Shown one piece after another: positions 34,569-40,087 of a DNA stretch of 40,087 bases (the first letter of the stretch is position 1; each line of letters begins with the position of its first letter). Source of the DNA: a virus (lineage: Duplodnaviria > Caudoviricetes); the IMG/VR virus record IMGVR_UViG_3300043171_000118, positions 1-40,087 of that record; one strand, written 5' to 3'. The notes beneath the pieces were generated by a model that worked only from the letters and a program-made list of their open reading frames with translations, searched no databases and was not told the origin of the DNA. The translations under genes and the position numbers were made by a program.

Positions 34569-35759
34569 TTAAATACAAACGAATTCGAGTTCTTCATCGT
34601 CTGCACCTGTGAGTTTTGACTGTAGAGCGTACTTCGCTAAACCGTCTTGATCTTCGATTGTTGGTGGCTTGAGTCTTCCGTCAGACACGAACGCCCAAAA
34701 TGTATTATACTGCTCTGTACCCCATCTAAACTCACTCTGAACACTCTCTGACTTGAATAGCGCTTTGAATACATCAAAATCGGAGTTCTGAGGGATTCCA
34801 ATTCTACGATTAAATAGCGGTACACGTCCACTTACATTGTAGCCATATACACCACCATCACGGTTTGAATCTTCAAGAATAGATCTGATTATTCCCAAAT
34901 CTAATGAGGTTGTACCGTCAACAATAGGTTGGAAATCATTCTCTTTGAATCTTGAGCCAACATAAAGAGGTGGTATTGTTTGATCTCGAACGATATTGGG
35001 TGTCGCTACTGCGTTTTTCATCCACTGGAATTCATCTCCAACGTTATGAATAACGCCGGCAAGCTCCCAAGCCATACGAGGGATTTTTCCGCTGTCCGCA
35101 GTTAAAACTATTGTGGGAATAGTATTGAGCATTTTAGAATTAAACCCGTCAAACTCTGATCTGATAGATAAATGCTCACACGCATTCGTGTCGAATTTAT
35201 AAGACCACCCTGCATCGGTTAATGTTCCTGAGGTAATATCAATGTCTGCTGGTATCGCGCCGTTGCCAGTTAAATTTTCGCCAGCAACCTCAAAAGTTCC
35301 CGATGTTACAATAATATTAAGCACTGCATCTGCTGAATCTGTTGGAACTATTACGCGACCAATGGCCCCTGAAGTACCGCCTGTAACTACCTCGTTGTGA
35401 AGTGCCCCTGCGTTAATAGTGGCAATAGGTAACGTTTGAACCTTAGTGGATACAAGCCCTACAGCTCGGAGAAACTTATCAAACCATGGCTTTGTAACGC
35501 CATCTGAATAATCAGCACCGTAAAGCTCTGAATTACCACCCATAACGCCAATTTTAATACCACTCAAATCAGCCTCAGGAGTAAACGAACCCTTTAAAAT
35601 CTCACGGGCGATATCTTCTGGTGTTGCTTGAATTTGGTATCCTGCATCGAGCCGGATAACATCGCCAACCCCTGCCTCTTCATATTCATCTTTGTCACCT
35701 GTAGTTTGTAACACAACAAATGCGTCCTGTATTCTGGTTCTAACTCCTGTACATAACAT
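34569..35759 (-). CDS. Major tail (tube) protein with inserted beta domain
   Basis: Directly upstream of the chaperones; 396 aa. Confidence 0.7.
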   Translation of the reverse strand: MLCTGVRTRIQDAFVVLQTTGDKDEYEEAGVGDVIRLDAGYQIQATPEDIAREILKGSFTPEADLSGIKIGVMGGNSELYGADYSDGVTKPWFDKFLRAVGLVSTKVQTLPIATINAGALHNEVVTGGTSGAIGRVIVPTDSADAVLNIIVTSGTFEVAGENLTGNGAIPADIDITSGTLTDAGWSYKFDTNACEHLSIRSEFDGFNSKMLNTIPTIVLTADSGKIPRMAWELAGVIHNVGDEFQWMKNAVATPNIVRDQTIPPLYVGSRFKENDFQPIVDGTTSLDLGIIRSILEDSNRDGGVYGYNVSGRVPLFNRRIGIPQNSDFDVFKALFKSESVQSEFRWGTEQYNTFWAFVSDGRLKPPTIEDQDGLAKYALQSKLTGADDEELEFVCI

Positions 35760-35760
35760 A

Positions 35761-36231
35761 CTATACCTTTATTTCCTCTTCTCTATACGAGACTGTTGTG
35801 TTTATATTTCTTCCACCGTAGACGTTCGAGTCTTTATTTGCGCCTCTTAGAACGGCGTTACGGCTGTTTGTATATTTCCAATCACACCAAATCTGATTAG
35901 CTCTATTGCTACCAATGGTGTTTTTTATAGCCCTCAATACTGCCGCCGATGATGGCTCTAATTCGCTTTTGCCAGTATTAAGGACAACATTTAAGTTGAT
36001 AGTTCCGCTTTCACTCAGTACACCTAATGGCGATTCAACATCATTTGTCTCATCACCTGTAGATATAAATATGATAGGGAATTGAGATAGCGGGTCAGTT
36101 GGGTCTGTTCCACCCGCCAACTCATCAACGTCAATCCCTTGATCATCAAATTCTTTCTGTGTGTATACGGTGAAATCATCGTCTTGAAGTTTCACTTGTA
36201 TACCTAACATTACATCATATAGACTCGCCAT
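35761..36231 (-). CDS. Tail terminator / completion protein
   Basis: Synteny; FPIIFISTGDE motif. Confidence 0.55.
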   Translation of the reverse strand: MASLYDVMLGIQVKLQDDDFTVYTQKEFDDQGIDVDELAGGTDPTDPLSQFPIIFISTGDETNDVESPLGVLSESGTINLNVVLNTGKSELEPSSAAVLRAIKNTIGSNRANQIWCDWKYTNSRNAVLRGANKDSNVYGGRNINTTVSYREEEIKV

Positions 36232-36668
36232 TACATCCTCGAAAATTCGCCAGTAATAGAGCTTTCTTCGCCCTTTGGTAGGTCTGTGAAAAATACATTG
36301 TCATCAAGGTCACTCAAAGCAATCTTGAGAGCTAACATATATTCTTTCATTTTTATCTTAAATTCATCTTGAAGCGGTGTCATGTTCTCATACATATCTT
36401 GCTGACCATTGATGCCATCTCTACAGACTTGAACGGCAACCCAGTTCATTAGTACGTTTACAATCTCAAATACTGTTTGCGGATCCGCAAGTGTTGTATC
36501 AGTCGGGTCAATGCTTCTTTCTCTAAGTAGCTGACCGTAGTAATCATCACCTCTCAGCAGGTATTTATTCTCACCCTTTACAGTGTGCTTGTTGGTTTCT
36601 GGCCCAAGTGAGCCGAGCAAATCGCTATCCGTGAAATCGTCTACTGTTAAAATAGTTGTGACAGCCAT
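36231..36668 (-). CDS. Head-tail connector / neck protein
   Basis: Synteny only. Confidence 0.5.
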   Translation of the reverse strand: MAVTTILTVDDFTDSDLLGSLGPETNKHTVKGENKYLLRGDDYYGQLLRERSIDPTDTTLADPQTVFEIVNVLMNWVAVQVCRDGINGQQDMYENMTPLQDEFKIKMKEYMLALKIALSDLDDNVFFTDLPKGEESSITGEFSRM

Positions 36669-37132
36669 TAAAATACACCCTCAAGTTCTTCAGCAATCTC
36701 ATTGCCAAATACTTTTAAAAATTCTTGTTCATTGTCAAAATATGCATCATCAATAAATGGCTCGGCAACTATGCCATCAATAGACTTTGCAAAAAATTGT
36801 GCCCCTCCAATACTGAAGGCTAAAACGTCTGCTTTTTTAGGTACAATCTTTTTCTTCTTAGGGCCGAATAATCCTGTACCAAAATAGATGTACTCAGCAT
36901 ACTTTACCTTGTCAGTAGATACAAATATATCAGACACCAACCCCTTTACTTCAGTGAATATTGAATTCTCTAAAAGTCCAGATTGTGTCTTAAATAAATG
37001 ATCTTTCTTTGCGTGATTAGATATGACACTCGAAGCATTGAATAGCGCGTTCTCTATACCCTTAGTGATACTTTGAGTATCTTCTAAGCGTTCAGATAGG
37101 CGCTCAAGCTCCGATGCGTCAATATCAATCAT
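36668..37132 (-). CDS. HK97 gp10-like neck / virion morphogenesis protein
   Basis: SGLLENSI...YAEYIYFGTG...PFIDDA pattern. Confidence 0.75.
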   Translation of the reverse strand: MIDIDASELERLSERLEDTQSITKGIENALFNASSVISNHAKKDHLFKTQSGLLENSIFTEVKGLVSDIFVSTDKVKYAEYIYFGTGLFGPKKKKIVPKKADVLAFSIGGAQFFAKSIDGIVAEPFIDDAYFDNEQEFLKVFGNEIAEELEGVF

Positions 37133-37139
37133 ACATTAC

Positions 37140-37583
37140 TTACTTTAACTTCTTTTCAAGTTCAGCAATACGAGCTTTCAATACGTCAGTTTCTTTTGTT
37201 GCTTTTTCAGCCAACTCAAGAGCGTCATTCGTATCTTTGTTTGCAGATACGGCTTTTTGTTCAGCTTGTTTTGCGCGAGCCTCAAAAACACCTTTTTCAT
37301 TTTCAGAAATAGCAAGATCTTCTTTCAGCTTCTTAGCGTCGCCACTCTCACCTTTAACAACAGGCTTGACTTTGTACTCTTCTTTAATCTCAAGACCTTT
37401 TTCACAGGCCTTGATGGTAGCTTCAGGAGCTTCTAATGCTTCACGCATTTCTTTAGATGCGCGGCGAGAGTCAATGATTTGAACCTTGTTAATAACCGCA
37501 ACCTGTTTTACGTCTTGATTGTAGCGATAAAATGGGCCTTCAAGAAACCATTTTGTTTTTTCATCTTTTTTGATAGTAGCCAT
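37140..37583 (-). CDS. Capsid-adjacent hypothetical protein with coiled-coil tail
   Basis: WFLEGPFYRYNQDVK...IIDS N-terminus, directly after the capsid gene. Confidence 0.6.
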   Translation of the reverse strand: MATIKKDEKTKWFLEGPFYRYNQDVKQVAVINKVQIIDSRRASKEMREALEAPEATIKACEKGLEIKEEYKVKPVVKGESGDAKKLKEDLAISENEKGVFEARAKQAEQKAVSANKDTNDALELAEKATKETDVLKARIAELEKKLK

Positions 37584-37608
37584 ATTTTTGCCTTTTTAAA
37601 TTAATGTA

Positions 37609-37626
37609 GCGGGCTTTTACACCCGC
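37609..37626 (-). terminator. Hairpin after the major capsid gene (weak terminator or stabiliser)
   Basis: GCGGG-TGTAAAAG-CCCGC; no clear U-tract. Confidence 0.4.
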
Positions 37627-37635
37627 ATGGATTTG

Positions 37636-38607
37636 TTACTCAGCAGCCAATGTGTAGTTACCTATAGCAATAACGCCAGCTGTGTGCTTAACATCTGTTA
37701 CGTACTGATTCCAGTTCGAGCCAGTTGCAAGTTCTGCACTTGTAGGTGATTTACCGCCGTTAGCAATATCCCACTGATAGCCCTTACAAGCCACGCCGTA
37801 TGTGAAGTCATTCATCATCACAGTTTCAGCTCGATCTTTAGTAGTATCGGAGTTGATTGTAACAACTTGGTCGCCAACATTAGAGATCACCAATCCACCC
37901 TGAGCAAGTGAGATAACGCGCTCATAAGTACCAACAGTAGTAATAAGAGCTGGACAGTCAGTTACAATGATAGCTTTTCCAAGAATATCAAGAATAGTAA
38001 CAGTACCAGCAGTATATAACTGAGCCGCATTTGCAAGTGAAGTATTGATCAAGCGGTGATAAGTGCTTGAGTGCATGATCTGTGCTACAAGGATTTGACT
38101 GTTATCGCCAAATTTTGCATGAGAGCTGTTGAGTGTAACCTGTGAAATTGACTTTGTAGCATAAATACTATAAGTCGCATCAGCGTTGTTCTCAATAGCA
38201 GAAACTACAGCTGCAATAGAGTTATTAAGCTCATACTGGAAAATAGCTTCAGCGATACCACGAGATGCAACTTCGATACCTTCAGCAACATTCTTTTCCA
38301 TCCAAGTAAATTGGGCTGGCTCAAAGAATTTCTTGATGCCACCAGCAACTTTAACGCCGATTTCTTCAATTTGAGTGATTGCTGTACCTGCATTAACGCC
38401 ATTAGCCGCGTAACGGTCAACGTCATACACATCACCCGCAAACGATGCATAGATAGCGTTTTTCATGAAGTCACCTTCAAAGCCATCCATAACCATTTGA
38501 ATTGTTCCGCGTGAATTTGCATTTACAACATCCATGAACTGAGGAATAGTTTCAAGGATTGAAGTGTTCATTTCTTGGTTGTACACAACCATATCTGAAA
38601 TTGCCAT
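37636..38607 (-). CDS. Major capsid protein (SPP1 gp13-like)
   Basis: NANSRGTI..., GFEGDF, KFGD, MHS..YH.L and KGYQWD..NGGKSPT.AELATGSNW...K.TAGV motifs. Confidence 0.85.
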   Translation of the reverse strand: MAISDMVVYNQEMNTSILETIPQFMDVVNANSRGTIQMVMDGFEGDFMKNAIYASFAGDVYDVDRYAANGVNAGTAITQIEEIGVKVAGGIKKFFEPAQFTWMEKNVAEGIEVASRGIAEAIFQYELNNSIAAVVSAIENNADATYSIYATKSISQVTLNSSHAKFGDNSQILVAQIMHSSTYHRLINTSLANAAQLYTAGTVTILDILGKAIIVTDCPALITTVGTYERVISLAQGGLVISNVGDQVVTINSDTTKDRAETVMMNDFTYGVACKGYQWDIANGGKSPTSAELATGSNWNQYVTDVKHTAGVIAIGNYTLAAE

Positions 38608-38625
38608 GATATTACCTTTTTTTAA

Positions 38626-39312
38626 TTAATTAGTATTTTCGGCCATTCTAGCTTCGATAGCTTCGGTACGGCTTTTTGTGTCCGTTACCTTAATATCTTT
38701 TAGACCGCTTGTTGTCTCTTGCTCACCGCTCTGGCGACTTCTTGCCCCAGGCTTGTGCGATGTTTCTTTAAGAGATGGATACTTTTCCACAAACCCGGTA
38801 GCAAACTCTGTAAAATCAGTAGTTTCCATATTGGCAGACAAATGAGCGTCAACAGCAAGACCTTGATTACCAGAATCTTTAATCCCTAGAGCATCCAAGG
38901 CTTCACGCATCAATTTTTCTTGACTCGCAGACTTAACCTTACCTTGCTCTTTCTGTAAATTACCTTCAATGGCCGAAATCTTATCAAGTGCGCTCTGTGC
39001 GTCTTGTTGAGCTTTCATAACCTCTTTGTCTTTATCAGACACACCAGACTCTAAAGTTGCAATTGTAGACTCATACTCGCTCTTCTGTTTCCCTAGTTTT
39101 TCCAGTGAATCAGCTCTGCTTGTATCTTCTGCTAGACCTTGAATCTTATTTACCTCTTGTTTGTATGTTCTGAGCTTTCCCTCAGCTTCCACAGACTTTG
39201 ATAACTTACCCTCATCAGCCTTTGCCTCGATCTCCATTGTATCTAACAATGTAAGACCTTCCTTATTATCTTTAAGCGTATCTTTCAATTTGCCAAAATT
39301 TTTTAAATCCAT
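38626..39312 (-). CDS. Capsid scaffolding protein
   Basis: Charged coiled coil directly upstream of the capsid gene. Confidence 0.7.
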   Translation of the reverse strand: MDLKNFGKLKDTLKDNKEGLTLLDTMEIEAKADEGKLSKSVEAEGKLRTYKQEVNKIQGLAEDTSRADSLEKLGKQKSEYESTIATLESGVSDKDKEVMKAQQDAQSALDKISAIEGNLQKEQGKVKSASQEKLMREALDALGIKDSGNQGLAVDAHLSANMETTDFTEFATGFVEKYPSLKETSHKPGARSRQSGEQETTSGLKDIKVTDTKSRTEAIEARMAENTN

Positions 39313-39495
39313 CTTTATTCCTTTTAAACATCGAGTTTAATTTAGTGGTGTACCAGACACCGTATACTGAATTTAGGAATGTTAAAAACCAACGGATTAA
39401 TCAATTTTGCAAAATGCAGTCAATTACTAATTTTTATTACACAATTCCGTTAATCTTGTTACATTGTATATATATTACTTACATAAGGAATTAAA

Positions 39496-39663
39496 ATGTC
39501 ATACAGTGTTAGTCACAAAACAGAGAATACCAAAATGGCCGAGGTCATGGCTAAAAATGATGGTGGTGGATTGTCTGGGCTTATAATCAGATTAATTAAA
39601 CGTGAATGGAGAATGAGACTTCTAAATGGTGAAGTTACAAAAGAGGATTTAAACAATGGATAA
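39496..39663 (+). CDS. Small protein, possibly RHH-like (55 aa, MSYSVSHKTENTKMAE...LSGLIIRLIKREW)
   Basis: Read manually; AAGGA RBS; first gene of the + strand cassette. Confidence 0.5.
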   Translation: MSYSVSHKTENTKMAEVMAKNDGGGLSGLIIRLIKREWRMRLLNGEVTKEDLNNG

Positions 39664-40087
39664 TGAAGATAAAAGACAGAAACTATTCGATACAGCAAAA
39701 AAGCAAGAGCGTCACACTGTACGAGATTTCATGAAGAAAATGAAGTACACTATAGCTGAAGGCGTAGAAGATGCTGTAATTGATGCTATAGTTGCCTCAA
39801 TGCTCGCTATAGGGTATGCCTTGGGTGCTGGTAAATTTAAGAGTAAGGTATTCTGGGGTGTGGTTCGTCAGATGAATTTTGCTACAAATAGAACCTCAGT
39901 TAAATTCATTGACTTTGATGCAATGCTATACCCAATGTTTGACCATATGTTTGAGAAGAAATTGACCACTGAGTTATGGGCCGATATACAAGCATTTGCA
40001 AAGATTCAGCTTGAGAAGTTCGATGGTAAGCCAAATGCAGATGAGGCCTGTATAGAGAGGTTTAAGTCTATTATTGCAGGGGTTGTT
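39656..40087 (+). CDS. Hypothetical protein spanning the circular junction (continues at 135-176, stop TAG 174-176)
   Basis: ATG at 39656 after GAGGA; frame MDNEDKRQKLF...KLTTELWADIQ...GVVPCGYVVEDENERG* stays open across the repeat; not in the ORF track. Confidence 0.8.
   Translation, partial: MDNEDKRQKLFDTAKKQERHTVRDFMKKMKYTIAEGVEDAVIDAIVASMLAIGYALGAGKFKSKVFWGVVRQMNFATNRTSVKFIDFDAMLYPMFDHMFEKKLTTELWADIQAFAKIQLEKFDGKPNADEACIERFKSIIAGVV
39962..40087 (+). repeat. 126-bp terminal direct repeat, right copy
   Basis: Identical to 9-134. Confidence 0.95.

Noticed and set aside
24265-38514. Plus-strand ORFs such as 25295-25717, 27525-27941, 33260-33790 and 37114-37482
   Set aside because: Antisense shadows of well-supported structural genes, with no recognisable motifs
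1-40087. Alternative genetic code (stop reassignment)
   Set aside because: Core genes are full length in the standard code, and TAA, TAG and TGA all end genes at tight junctions

Overview
This window is an apparently complete, circularly permuted genome (about 39,953 bp) of an AT-rich tailed phage, most likely a siphovirus. Bases 9-134 repeat exactly at 39962-40087, and one ORF reads through that junction. The minus strand carries the packaging and head genes (terS, terL, portal, minor head protein; 1607-6166). It also carries scaffold, major capsid, neck, tail tube, a G/GT chaperone pair with a lambda-type GGGAAAG frameshift, tape measure, tail tip, fibre/RBP and lysis genes (24109-39312). 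Divergent sigma70-like promoters at about 18312-18424 drive two early arms. The leftward arm has an HNH nuclease, a HAD phosphatase, a DUF4373-type replication initiator with iterons, YopX, a PAPS-reductase-like protein, Lar-like proteins, many small Cys-rich ORFs and a lipoprotein. The rightward arm has a Sak4-like ATPase, Gp157, HNH, YopX, MazG-like, Lar, RHH and VRR-NUC genes. I recognised no integrase, CI-type repressor, polymerase, helicase, tRNA or CRISPR. The most interesting signal is a set of intergenic structured RNAs whose loops are complementary to the translation-start regions of specific phage genes (11143-11283, 15087-15222, 22145-22230), suggesting a multi-channel C4/CI-like antisense control system. 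The accessory arm also looks built from gene cassettes bounded by short direct repeats. Protein calls come from motif recognition and synteny only; no searches or folding programs were run.
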